A stretch of DNA of 64,000 nt from positions 32,001-96,000 of IMG/VR virus record IMGVR_UViG_3300032038_000003; one strand, 5' to 3'. The position numbers and the translations under genes are program-made. Source of the DNA: a virus. Its lineage: Duplodnaviria; Caudoviricetes. Positions 39,174-48,437 of this stretch are shown here, one piece after another (the stretch's first letter is position 1; each line of letters starts with the position of its first letter). Below the pieces are notes generated by a model that was not told the DNA's origin, ran no database searches, and saw only the letters and a program-made list of their open reading frames with translations.

Positions 39174-39995
39174 ATGAATAATCCAAATGACAACATAGAT
39201 ATCGATAATTTCTTTGATGATGCATTTAGTAATAATGCACCTATCCAGACACCAATTGAAGAGCCAGTACCTCAGCAACCAGCACAGGCTCAGCCAGAAG
39301 TACAGCAAGCAATTCGTATACCAAAGAACCAGCAAGTACAGATGCCTAATAATCAGCCTGTACAACAACCAGTACCACAGCAAGTACAGCAACCACCACA
39401 AGCTCAATCAAATAATCAGCCAATGAGAACAGACGGTTCTACACAGCAGAATCTTGCTATTCTGATGAATATTCAAGATTATTATAAGGATGTGGAATGG
39501 ACACAGAAGTATGCTGTATATATGCAAGAGTGTAGCAAGATCGAGGTTGATCCTATGAATTTGACTGCAAGCGACATTGCGGTTGCAGCTGGACGTATCG
39601 ATGCTTTATTGACCCCAGCACGTTTTGATTATGCATTAATGAATAAGGTGCATGGTCATTACGAGATGCTGTTAAAGTTACAGCAGCAGATTGAATATGG
39701 TAATCAGAAACGAGATGATGAAAACGCCAAGGTTAAGCATAGTATCGATGACACCAAGGCACTTGCGATGATGCGAGTAAAGAACAATACTTCTTATGAA
39801 GATGGTCTTGATTTGTTCGACCTTGAAGATAAATATGCTGGTAGAATGATCCAGGCAAAGACCATCTTGGATATATTAAGCGATAAGAAAGATATCTTGA
39901 TTACTTATTCGGCAGCTCTCAAGATTGAGAACACTGCAAATAACTTTACTGCAAGTGTACCAACAAATAACCAGTTTAATCAAATGAGGTCATAA
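39174..39995 (+). CDS. Hypothetical protein with P/Q-rich N-terminus
   Basis: AAGGAGG RBS; low-complexity PQ tract then helical domain. Confidence 0.65.
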   Translation: MNNPNDNIDIDNFFDDAFSNNAPIQTPIEEPVPQQPAQAQPEVQQAIRIPKNQQVQMPNNQPVQQPVPQQVQQPPQAQSNNQPMRTDGSTQQNLAILMNIQDYYKDVEWTQKYAVYMQECSKIEVDPMNLTASDIAVAAGRIDALLTPARFDYALMNKVHGHYEMLLKLQQQIEYGNQKRDDENAKVKHSIDDTKALAMMRVKNNTSYEDGLDLFDLEDKYAGRMIQAKTILDILSDKKDILITYSAALKIENTANNFTASVPTNNQFNQMRS

Positions 39996-39996
39996 T

Positions 39997-40578
39997 ATGG
40001 ATTGTGAATATGAAGCTACCTGTTTAAACAATGATAAATGTTATCGTTGTATTGAACAGAATCTTTTAAAGCTCAAGACAAAACCATGGAACAAGCCAAA
40101 GCAAACGAAGAACAGTTTAGTTCAAACACACGATACAAAGGCTATGAATGCAAAGAATTCCTGGGAAAATCTTGAACAAGAAGTAGCTGATTCATTAAAC
40201 AATATACCTAATATCCAAGATGCAAGACGTAGTGTACGCTCTGGAGCGTTGTGGTTTGAGAAAGGTGACATTGTTGATGAAATACTCCATCCAGAATGTA
40301 AAGAAAGGACTGGTCGCCAGCTTAAGTCTGGTGACCAGTCTATTTCTATACAGAGATTATGGTTGGAAAAGGCTGCTGATGAATGTAAGGGCAACTCAAA
40401 AACTATGTGTCTTCCGTTTAGATTTAAAGGTGATAATAAGATATATACCATCTTTGAACATAATGATATTGCAGAATTAATTACTTTAATGAAGGCATAT
40501 ATCAGAGATAACGAACTGAAAGCACAACAGATTAAAATTCTGGAGGATAAGCTAAATGAAAGCAACGACACTAAGTAA
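39997..40578 (+). CDS. PD-(D/E)XK nuclease, Holliday-junction-resolvase-like
   Basis: E.EVA, SGA....KGDI....PECKE motif. Confidence 0.65.
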   Translation: MDCEYEATCLNNDKCYRCIEQNLLKLKTKPWNKPKQTKNSLVQTHDTKAMNAKNSWENLEQEVADSLNNIPNIQDARRSVRSGALWFEKGDIVDEILHPECKERTGRQLKSGDQSISIQRLWLEKAADECKGNSKTMCLPFRFKGDNKIYTIFEHNDIAELITLMKAYIRDNELKAQQIKILEDKLNESNDTK

Positions 40579-41839
40579 TTACTTTAACGACGTAAAGATA
40601 TTTGATCAGTTTATTACTGAAAAATATCAGTTGCACTTGTATGCTTTTACTTTGGTTGACATCAAAGATAACAAAAAGAAGACAATTAAATATTATATTA
40701 ACAAGCAAGAACTTGCAAAAGCTATTGGTAAATCCAATATCGATATGCGAATTTATGAACAGACACAGAATAAAGGTATTAATGTAGGTTTTCTTGATTA
40801 TATTAATTTCGAAGGAAACTCTTACATTAGTAGTACATTAATATCAAAGTCAACAGAAATACAGAACTTTGGTATTGATATGGAAGAACTTGAAAAAGAT
40901 GTAATGAATGCAACGATTGCAGATGAAATGAATTATGCAAATGCAGTAAGAGACTTTGCAGAATTTAAATTGGCTTGCAATCGTTCCATTTTAACTAATG
41001 CCGATCAGATTAAGTTTAAAATGAAACAGTCTTATCCATTTTTAGACGAAAACTATATCGAGGGCATTATTAATCTTGTTATGGATAGTGCTGTTATTAA
41101 CTTTGAGTTGCCATATAACAAGCTTGAGTTTGTAAATCAGCTTAAGACTGAAATGGTTGATGAAATGTTCGATTTCTTTGAGGATATTATTAAAGATTAT
41201 CGAAAAGATTTCATGCTTAAGAATAATATCACTCCAAAACAGGAATTTAAACAAGCAGAACAGGAAGAGATCAATGAACGTAATAACGAACTTGCAGAAG
41301 AGTTTGAGGCTGCGATAGCAAAGCGTGAACAGACCAAGAATACTTTTGATCCGTCTAAGTTACACATGTTTGTTAATGCAATGGAAAAAGCTTTAGTTGG
41401 TGAAATTAGAAAAGTCAGAAGTGATTTCCCAGCTGGATGGATATTAGAGAGATTTCCACAGGAAGCATGTGCATTACAATATACAGATGTGAATGGCAAC
41501 TGTCTGCGTATTAAAGATGCACAACAGGCTAACCAGATCAAGGCAGATACTTACAATCTTGGCGACGAATTATTAGCCATGTTCTTTTTAAGACATATTG
41601 GCAATCAGCTTGCTACATATGAACATAAAGACGAAAATGGTATCAGGTCTTATATTCCATTCTTGGAAGGCAAGACTCAGCCAGATGGCAGAGTAGAATA
41701 TCCTGGATTGTTAACAAGAAGCAAGTACAATAATATTCTTCGGCAGAATATTGTTTTATTATTTCCAGAACTTACTGCTGATCAAGTTACCATAGCACAC
41801 TTTGATATAGTTCGTAATTATTGTGCGTCAAAGATATAA
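40556..41839 (+). CDS. Hypothetical protein
   Basis: 427-aa co-directional ORF. Confidence 0.65.
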   Translation: MKATTLSNYFNDVKIFDQFITEKYQLHLYAFTLVDIKDNKKKTIKYYINKQELAKAIGKSNIDMRIYEQTQNKGINVGFLDYINFEGNSYISSTLISKSTEIQNFGIDMEELEKDVMNATIADEMNYANAVRDFAEFKLACNRSILTNADQIKFKMKQSYPFLDENYIEGIINLVMDSAVINFELPYNKLEFVNQLKTEMVDEMFDFFEDIIKDYRKDFMLKNNITPKQEFKQAEQEEINERNNELAEEFEAAIAKREQTKNTFDPSKLHMFVNAMEKALVGEIRKVRSDFPAGWILERFPQEACALQYTDVNGNCLRIKDAQQANQIKADTYNLGDELLAMFFLRHIGNQLATYEHKDENGIRSYIPFLEGKTQPDGRVEYPGLLTRSKYNNILRQNIVLLFPELTADQVTIAHFDIVRNYCASKI

Positions 41840-41848
41840 GGAGTACAT

Positions 41849-43060
41849 ATGAACCATATAGCACTATACAGAAAGTATAGACCTACAACGTTCGACGAGG
41901 TATTCGGTCAGTCTGCTATAGTGCAGACATTACGAAACCAAGTAAAATCTGATAGAGTAGGTCATGCATATCTGTTTTGTGGTTTGAGAGGTTCTGGAAA
42001 AACATCTATCGCAAGGATTCTTGCTAAAGCCGTCAACTGCGAACATACAGTTGACGGTAATCCTTGTGGTCAGTGTAAGCATTGTAATTTTAAAAACGAT
42101 GTTAATCCAGATGTTATAGAGATAGATGCAGCGTCTAATAATGGCGTAGACAGTATCAGACAGTTAATAGACGAAGTTAATTATAAACCTACGAATACAA
42201 GATATAAGGTTTATATTATTGATGAAGTACATATGCTGTCTGGTAGTGCATTTAATGCTCTATTAAAGACTATAGAAGAGCCACCAGATCATGCAATATT
42301 TATTCTTGCTACAACAGAATACCATAAAGTACCGTCTACTATTAAATCAAGATGCCAGGTATATAATTTTAAGCTGATTAATCAGAATGATATTATGCTT
42401 GGACTTGAGAATGTGTTATCCAAAGAAGGTATAACTTATTTTGAGAAAGATGCATTGGAATATGTAGCAAGAAAAGCAGACGGTAGTATGAGAGATGCTA
42501 TCAGTATTTTGGATCAGTGCATCGCTCAACATAATGGTACACAGCCAGCAACAATATCAGAAGTAAAGCAACTCTTTGGAGATGTCGAAGATGATGTCGT
42601 TGTTGAATTGGCACAGTGTATTGAGAACGTAGATGTAATACGAGGACTGGATATTTTACATGCACAACATTATGATGGTCGTGATATGAAATCATTATTA
42701 GATGCTTTATATCATTACTATTTCGATAAGTTTACTACAGATTTTGGTACTACAGAAGGAGCTGTCTTTGAAAGATATGCCAGAATATTAGGAGAAACAA
42801 TGTCTTCTCTTGATCGTTCATCGCAGAAAATGACAGTGACAGAGATAGCATTTATCAAAATGTGTAAACCAGAGATGGAACAAGATTATAATTCTGTTGT
42901 ACAACGTATGAATAATCTTGAACATGAATTAACATTACTAAAGTCTGGTAATGTTGGTGCAATGTCTAGTAATGTTTCGACACAGATTCAAGAAACATTT
43001 GATGAAAGTGTAGCTTTATATTATAATAGTCCTTGGAGTTACAAATTAAACATACTTTAG
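41849..43060 (+). CDS. dnaX: DNA polymerase III gamma/tau clamp-loader subunit
   Basis: ALYRKYRP, GLRGSGKT, PCGQC..C, EIDAASN, IIDEVHMLS..AFNALLKTIEEPP, SRC, GSMRDA. Confidence 0.95.
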   Translation: MNHIALYRKYRPTTFDEVFGQSAIVQTLRNQVKSDRVGHAYLFCGLRGSGKTSIARILAKAVNCEHTVDGNPCGQCKHCNFKNDVNPDVIEIDAASNNGVDSIRQLIDEVNYKPTNTRYKVYIIDEVHMLSGSAFNALLKTIEEPPDHAIFILATTEYHKVPSTIKSRCQVYNFKLINQNDIMLGLENVLSKEGITYFEKDALEYVARKADGSMRDAISILDQCIAQHNGTQPATISEVKQLFGDVEDDVVVELAQCIENVDVIRGLDILHAQHYDGRDMKSLLDALYHYYFDKFTTDFGTTEGAVFERYARILGETMSSLDRSSQKMTVTEIAFIKMCKPEMEQDYNSVVQRMNNLEHELTLLKSGNVGAMSSNVSTQIQETFDESVALYYNSPWSYKLNIL

Positions 43061-43071
43061 GAGGATGTGAA

Positions 43072-43548
43072 ATGGCTGAAGAGCGTATTGAAAGATGTTT
43101 TTGGTGTGGTAAACCAAAGAGCGGAGAAATCGAAGAAACAGAAGAAACTATCAAGAACTCCGTTATTAATGATTATACTCCATGTGATAAGTGCAAAGAA
43201 TCTTTTGCTGGCGGTATCCATGTAATAGGAGTTACTAATAAACCTATTGTTAATGGTATGTTTCCGATTTCAAAAGACGATAAAAACACTCTTTATCCAA
43301 CTGGTAGTATGTTCGTGGCTAACGAAGAGTTTATTAAGGATATGCTTTCTGATGAAGGGGAAAAAGAATTACTCGAAAATGTTTTAAAGGAACGTGTTCT
43401 TATGATTCCAAATGAAGTATGTGAACAGATCGTAAATGATGCTCGTACTGCTCAGGCTGAGAACGGCGAAGAGTATATTGAGCAGATGGACGAAGTTCAT
43501 AAGGAGGAATCACCAAATGAAAAAGACGTACAAGATCAAAGCAACTAA
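43072..43548 (+). CDS. Hypothetical Zn-binding protein (paralog of 115..555)
   Basis: ATG 43072 after AGGAGG; CFWCGK, DYTPCDKCK, LYPTG. Confidence 0.7.
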   Translation: MAEERIERCFWCGKPKSGEIEETEETIKNSVINDYTPCDKCKESFAGGIHVIGVTNKPIVNGMFPISKDDKNTLYPTGSMFVANEEFIKDMLSDEGEKELLENVLKERVLMIPNEVCEQIVNDARTAQAENGEEYIEQMDEVHKEESPNEKDVQDQSN

Positions 43549-43768
43549 AAGAGCCTGGATGGAAGTAACAGCTGATAGTTCTTTATCTCAGCAAGAAATT
43601 TACGATCTTGCTAAAGAAAAAGCATCCAAAGGGAGATTAAAATGGGAAGAACCTTCGTTAAATATTATTGATATCAATATCGATGATAGTGTGGACGTAG
43701 ATGTTAAAACCAAGATTGCTCTTATGGATGCCATCGATCCTTTAACAAATAAAATAAAAGAAAGTTGA
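43517..43768 (+). CDS. Small hypothetical protein
   Basis: AAGGAGG then ATG 43517. Confidence 0.55.
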   Translation: MKKTYKIKATKRAWMEVTADSSLSQQEIYDLAKEKASKGRLKWEEPSLNIIDINIDDSVDVDVKTKIALMDAIDPLTNKIKES

Positions 43769-43793
43769 TTTATTTAATGTGTTATGTTATTCT
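43765..43793 (+). promoter_or_regulatory. SigmaA-type promoter upstream of spoVG
   Basis: TTGATT-17bp-TATTCT with TG extension. Confidence 0.55.
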
Positions 43794-43857
43794 TAAGGTT
43801 GTAGAAGGGCTATTACATCCACTTAGCGTAACTCAAAATCTTAAGGAGGACTAACCG

Positions 43858-44118
43858 ATGAACATTACTGTAACTGATGTGCGTGTAAAGAAATACGACA
43901 ATCCAGAGAACAAGATCAAGGCTATTGCGAGTATCACAATTGATGATACATTTGTAATCCATGACGTTAAGATCATCGATTCTGAAAAGGGTTTGTTCGT
44001 TGCTATGCCATCTAAAAAGGGTACAGATGGCAAGTTCAAGGATATTGCACATCCAATCAACACAGAAACCCGAAATATGATTCAGAAGATGGTATTAGAT
44101 AAATACAATCAAGAATAA
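43858..44118 (+). CDS. spoVG: SpoVG family nucleic-acid-binding regulator
   Basis: TDVRV...[19 protein letters not shown]....GLFVAMPS...[14 protein letters not shown]. Confidence 0.95.
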   Translation: MNITVTDVRVKKYDNPENKIKAIASITIDDTFVIHDVKIIDSEKGLFVAMPSKKGTDGKFKDIAHPINTETRNMIQKMVLDKYNQE

Positions 44119-44150
44119 TACTTGATCCATGTCGCATATTTCACCCCGCT

Positions 44151-44177
44151 TGAGCCAGAGGAATCTGGCTCATTTTT
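44151..44177 (+). terminator. Intrinsic terminator after spoVG
   Basis: TGAGCCAGA / TCTGGCTCA followed by TTTTT. Confidence 0.75.
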
Positions 44178-44192
44178 ATTGTAGGAGGCAAA

Positions 44193-44912
44193 ATGAAGGA
44201 AACTAATCTTGATGCTATAAAAAGTACTGCTCGTACTTTATTATATGTTGATATTACGGAAACAGAATTTCCTTTTTGTTTAATCCATCCTTTTCTTAAT
44301 AACCGATACATGTCTTTTAGTAATAAAGACAGACAACTGGTTGACATACTTGAATCAGATGAAAATCTACAGAAAGCTCGTGATTTCTTTGAAAAGAAAA
44401 TTAATGAGGCAGATGATATATGGCGAATCTTAATGTATATGCATATACCGTATAGACCGTTATTATTTAAGTTGTGTGCAAATGATTTATCTGATGAAGA
44501 TTATGCACAGATGCTTGTAGAAGTATGGACTGGTACTGAAAATCCTAATCAAGATGCAAATGTTAAGATTACAGAATGGATACGATTTTTTAAAAAGGCA
44601 AAGAAAGATTTGCTAATGACAGAGGAAGAACTAAACGTTTATAATAGTCTTAGCGACACAGAACCAATTGAAATATATCGTGGAGTCGGACATGGAAGAG
44701 AACCATACGGATTATCGTGGACAGCAAATACCACTACTGCACAATGGTTCGCAAATCGCTGGAATAACCAGGATGCATATATGTTTAAAACCACTTGTAA
44801 AAAGACAGATATATTAGCATATTTCAATTGTAGAGGAGAAGATGAACTTGTTGTAAACATTAAGAATCTTGATAAAAGCAAGATGGAAAGGATAGATCTC
44901 AATGGAGGATAA
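44193..44912 (+). CDS. Putative ADP-ribosyltransferase-fold protein
   Basis: IYRG...LSWT....A.WFA...GEDELVV: R-S-E pattern. Confidence 0.55.
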   Translation: MKETNLDAIKSTARTLLYVDITETEFPFCLIHPFLNNRYMSFSNKDRQLVDILESDENLQKARDFFEKKINEADDIWRILMYMHIPYRPLLFKLCANDLSDEDYAQMLVEVWTGTENPNQDANVKITEWIRFFKKAKKDLLMTEEELNVYNSLSDTEPIEIYRGVGHGREPYGLSWTANTTTAQWFANRWNNQDAYMFKTTCKKTDILAYFNCRGEDELVVNIKNLDKSKMERIDLNGG

Positions 44913-46014
44913 GATTAAGAGACAAAAAATAATGGAAAGAGATCGATTCACATATGAAGATAAACTACGTTTTGCTGCTAAATCAGATGACAGATGTTGT
45001 CATTGTGGGAAGAAAGTTCATATTGGATACGGTGCAACTGTAGAACATTTCATTCCATTATCTCAAGGTGGCACTAATCGAGAAATTAATATGGTTATGT
45101 TATGTGAAGATTGTAATAAAAACAAAGGCAGCTTCATATACAGACCAGAAGATTATTTGTTATATCTCAAGAAAGAACACCTTGATAAGCTACAGGGTTA
45201 TTTTGATAGCTACATTAATTCGTTTGATTTTGTTAATCGAGATAACCTATTGGCATGTGATCGTTATAAAGTATGGGTAAATACCATGCCAGAACAAATG
45301 TATTACGCTATGAAATCACGTAAAAGACGCAAAGGACATATTGATATCATGAAAAGGTGTTCTGTACCATTATGGGTAAAAAGAGCCACGTATGATGATG
45401 TGGACAAACTTACAAAATATTATATTAAGTATCTTAAGAAATATCATTGTCTCGATTCAGAAGAATCTGCAAAGATTAATATCCAGTTCTGGATATCGTT
45501 TGGATGTATATATTATATTGAGCGTAATGGAAACATTGAAAGTTTCATTACGGTTACCATTACAAAGGCAAACGGTCATGTATTTCTGAATGATGACAAG
45601 TTAGATTATTATTTTACTGTAAATGTATTTACGTACTATAGTAACGAATATGCTCTTACATTAGGATATAATCTTTCAAGACAGATACCAAGATATTTAT
45701 CTGATGAACAGAATTTGAAACAGATACCAGTAAAATATTGCGTCATCTCTGAAGATACTTTGAGCGGTGAGATTTGTGATGGAGGAGCGATATATAAAGG
45801 AGATAGGTTCATATCATCATTCATGATTTTATATGATGGTGATAAAGATGAATTACCGCCTCTTATAGAAGACAAGGAACTTAAAAAGTTTTTCCAAAGA
45901 TTTGACGAAGTAAAAGAGGAACGATTAAAAGTATGGTTTGCCGTTCATGGTGAAGAGCCTTATGAATGGATGATGCGAGAATTAGAATTAGAAGAAAGTG
46001 AGGATAAGGAATGA
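44902..46014 (+). CDS. HNH endonuclease with large C-terminal (possibly GNAT-like) domain
   Basis: CHCG, EHFIPLSQGG.N...N....CEDCNKNK; C-domain begins VKRATYDDVDKL. Confidence 0.8.
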   Translation: MEDKIKRQKIMERDRFTYEDKLRFAAKSDDRCCHCGKKVHIGYGATVEHFIPLSQGGTNREINMVMLCEDCNKNKGSFIYRPEDYLLYLKKEHLDKLQGYFDSYINSFDFVNRDNLLACDRYKVWVNTMPEQMYYAMKSRKRRKGHIDIMKRCSVPLWVKRATYDDVDKLTKYYIKYLKKYHCLDSEESAKINIQFWISFGCIYYIERNGNIESFITVTITKANGHVFLNDDKLDYYFTVNVFTYYSNEYALTLGYNLSRQIPRYLSDEQNLKQIPVKYCVISEDTLSGEICDGGAIYKGDRFISSFMILYDGDKDELPPLIEDKELKKFFQRFDEVKEERLKVWFAVHGEEPYEWMMRELELEESEDKE

Positions 46015-46319
46015 GAAGAAAAGTTAAGTATATTCAGCCTGAGTGCCTTAAGAGGTACGAGAAGGCTATCAAGACATCAGATATGTGCATGGGTCTATCC
46101 GCTGCATTCGTCGCAGGGGCAGGAGTCATCATGCTGACGATAGAATATAACACCGGACTCCCAGTCTTAGGGATAGCTCTCCTGGTTATGGGAATCGGTA
46201 CCAGATTGCTCGCTGAGCTGTGGTACAGGAGGAGCAGATCGGATTTAAGAAGAATGCTCAACAGCCATGAATATCATGAGCTAGGACTCGCCATCATGGA
46301 GAAGGAAGGAGATCTATGA
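46011..46319 (+). CDS. Small membrane protein (2 TM)
   Basis: Starts in junction repeat; two hydrophobic segments; visibly GC-richer than flanks. Confidence 0.65.
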   Translation: MRRKVKYIQPECLKRYEKAIKTSDMCMGLSAAFVAGAGVIMLTIEYNTGLPVLGIALLVMGIGTRLLAELWYRRSRSDLRRMLNSHEYHELGLAIMEKEGDL

Positions 46320-46486
46320 TTGGATCAGCTGACAACAGACTTTCAGGTCGCTGGATTAAGCACGATGGCGACTTCCATGACAGTAGAGAGTGCTCAGTCT
46401 GCCATGTGTGGATGCCCTGGGATATGAATTATACAAATTATTGCCCTAACTGCGGTGCAAGGATGGAAAGTGAGGGTAAGGAATGA
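46316..46486 (+). CDS. Small Zn-ribbon protein (56 aa)
   Basis: GRWI...CSVC...YCPNCGARMESEGKE; not in ORF track. Confidence 0.65.
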   Translation: MIGSADNRLSGRWIKHDGDFHDSRECSVCHVWMPWDMNYTNYCPNCGARMESEGKE

Positions 46487-46665
46487 AACATAAATTAATT
46501 CAATGGTTTAAGCGAAATGCTTGTGAAAAATGTGATTACTATCATGCTAGCAATAATACATGTCAATCGAAAAAGTGCACAACTTGTGGTTGCCATCCGT
46601 ATGTTGATTGGTTTGATAGACATTTTTGCGAGCCATACAAGGCAGAAAGTGAGGATGAGGAATGA
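46483..46665 (+). CDS. Small Cys-rich protein
   Basis: Bounded by junction repeats; ends ESEDEE. Confidence 0.65.
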   Translation: MKHKLIQWFKRNACEKCDYYHASNNTCQSKKCTTCGCHPYVDWFDRHFCEPYKAESEDEE

Positions 46666-47141
46666 CAAGGGAAGAAGCAATCAATGACCTTAAAGATTTT
46701 ATTGATACTTACATAACAGTCCACGGGGAGGAAGATATCATTGCGGTTTCGCTTGATAATGTTGATGTTGAAGCCTTTGATATGGCAATCAAGGCATTAG
46801 AGCAACAGCCTTGTGAGGATAGTATCAGTAGAGCAGAAGCACAAACAGAAATAGAAATGAATGCTTCAAGATACGCAATTTCAAAAGAACGTGGTGGCAT
46901 GGGGCAAGTTGAATGGAGTGACCAACTTATCAAAGTTAGTGATGCAGTAGACATTATAAGACATTTGCCACCAGCACAGCCAAAGCCAAAGACAGGGCAT
47001 TGGGAAATGTGCGAAGATGCGGACGGAATATACGGAGTGTGTGATATATGCGGTACAGATGCAGATTTTACCCATTATGGAAAAGCATATCCGTATTGCC
47101 CTAACTGCGGTGCAAGGATGGAAAGTGAGGTTAAGGAATGA
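46662..47141 (+). CDS. Phage protein with C-terminal Zn ribbon
   Basis: MTREEAI...EAFDMAIKALEQ.PCED.ISR...GHW...CDIC...YCPNCGARMESEVKE. Confidence 0.75.
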   Translation: MTREEAINDLKDFIDTYITVHGEEDIIAVSLDNVDVEAFDMAIKALEQQPCEDSISRAEAQTEIEMNASRYAISKERGGMGQVEWSDQLIKVSDAVDIIRHLPPAQPKPKTGHWEMCEDADGIYGVCDICGTDADFTHYGKAYPYCPNCGARMESEVKE

Positions 47142-47476
47142 AAGTATGGAAGTTTAAAAAGCGTATTGAGATTGACAAAACAATCGGCAATATTCACATA
47201 GAAACATTCCACTATAGTTCTTTTGAAAACAACAAGCCTAAACACTGGACAGAGTTACATTGTTGGTATGAATGTGATTGCGAACATTGTTCGTTATCCT
47301 GGGAAGATAGAAGTTACGAAGGCGAATGTTATGATTGCGGATGTTTCTTGGCTAAAAAAGGACACGATAATGCACCGATGCTGATATGTATGTTACCAAG
47401 ATGGATAAAGAAAATATTGTTGAGGTACAAGATAAAACGTGCGGAGATATGTGCAGAAAGTGAGGATAAGGAATGA
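47138..47476 (+). CDS. Small Cys-rich protein
   Basis: Bounded by junction repeats; ends ESEDKE. Confidence 0.65.
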   Translation: MKVWKFKKRIEIDKTIGNIHIETFHYSSFENNKPKHWTELHCWYECDCEHCSLSWEDRSYEGECYDCGCFLAKKGHDNAPMLICMLPRWIKKILLRYKIKRAEICAESEDKE

Positions 47477-47724
47477 GTAAATCAATTTTAACAATAGATA
47501 CACCAAAAGGATGCGTTTTTTGCCCATTAGCAAAGATGCGTGCGTTTAATGCAATTCCTGTAAAAACAATAATGGGTAGACAGCCCTACATGGGTATTAC
47601 TTGCCCGTTTTGTAATGGTATCAGATACATCTATGATTTGACGGCTGATGAAGTATTGACCTATAAACATAAAGAATGTCCGTTAAGAGAAAGTGAGGAT
47701 ACAGAAGACAATGACAATGTTTGA
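47473..47724 (+). CDS. Small Cys-rich phage protein
   Basis: MSKSIL.IDTPK.C.FCP...CPLRESED. Confidence 0.65.
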   Translation: MSKSILTIDTPKGCVFCPLAKMRAFNAIPVKTIMGRQPYMGITCPFCNGIRYIYDLTADEVLTYKHKECPLRESEDTEDNDNV

Positions 47725-47811
47725 CGCACTATGCGTTGGTGTAACTTTACTAATTGTATTTGGTTTCGGCTATTTCATAGGATATATGAATAGCAATAAT
47801 GGAGGACGCAA

Positions 47812-48156
47812 ATGATAGAAATAGATAACTTTAATAGACAGCTGGTTTATAGAAACTCTGTAAGAACAGAAGATGGTTCGATATTACATGTTGCATTTAT
47901 ATTAGATCCACATGATATAGAAATTATTTATCAGTGGAGACAAAGTGAAAATGATAAAGTAGATATCGATGAAAATATTTCTGAATATCTTACAACAGAG
48001 GAGTTAAAACGATATAATAGCCTCGATGAAAAGCAACAGCTAGAGTTCATTACAAAGGCTGCCGATTTGAAAAGACATTTTATGGACAGCGACAACATTG
48101 CATGGCGAGAAGCAACTGAGATGGCTATCAAAGAAATTAAGTTACAATATTTGTAA
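47812..48156 (+). CDS. Hypothetical protein
   Basis: GGAGG RBS. Confidence 0.6.
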   Translation: MIEIDNFNRQLVYRNSVRTEDGSILHVAFILDPHDIEIIYQWRQSENDKVDIDENISEYLTTEELKRYNSLDEKQQLEFITKAADLKRHFMDSDNIAWREATEMAIKEIKLQYL

Positions 48157-48232
48157 CTTTATGTTGCATTTATTTTTCCTCCGTGTTAATATGTTTATAT
48201 CTAATAAACATACTATATACGGAGGTATTAAT

Positions 48233-48431
48233 TATGCTAAACGCAACTGTTATTAATGTACCAGAGGAATCAGAAGTAGCTATTGATTATGTAATATGCC
48301 CACATTGCGGCTCACAAATGGTAAGGAATAAAATGGATAATCCATATACTATTCATGGAAGATCTTATATTTGTGAGAACTGTGGTGCTGATGAAATCAT
48401 TAGCAATCCAACAGAAGAGGAGATTTATTAA
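48233..48431 (+). CDS. Small Zn-ribbon protein
   Basis: GGAGGT RBS before MLNAT; CPHC and CENC. Confidence 0.55.
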
Positions 48432-48437
48432 AGACCT

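Larger units (their letters stand above)
45994..47700 (+). repeat. Dispersed 21-bp gene-junction repeat GAAAGTGAGG(A/G/T)T(A/G)AGGAATGA (5 full + 1 partial copies)
   Basis: Copies at 45994, 46466, 46645, 47121, 47456 and partial at 47689. Confidence 0.9.

Noticed and set aside
45994-47700. 21-bp repeats as a CRISPR array
   Set aside because: Spacing is irregular (about 180-480 bp), the intervals are protein-coding genes, the repeat is not palindromic and no cas operon is present.
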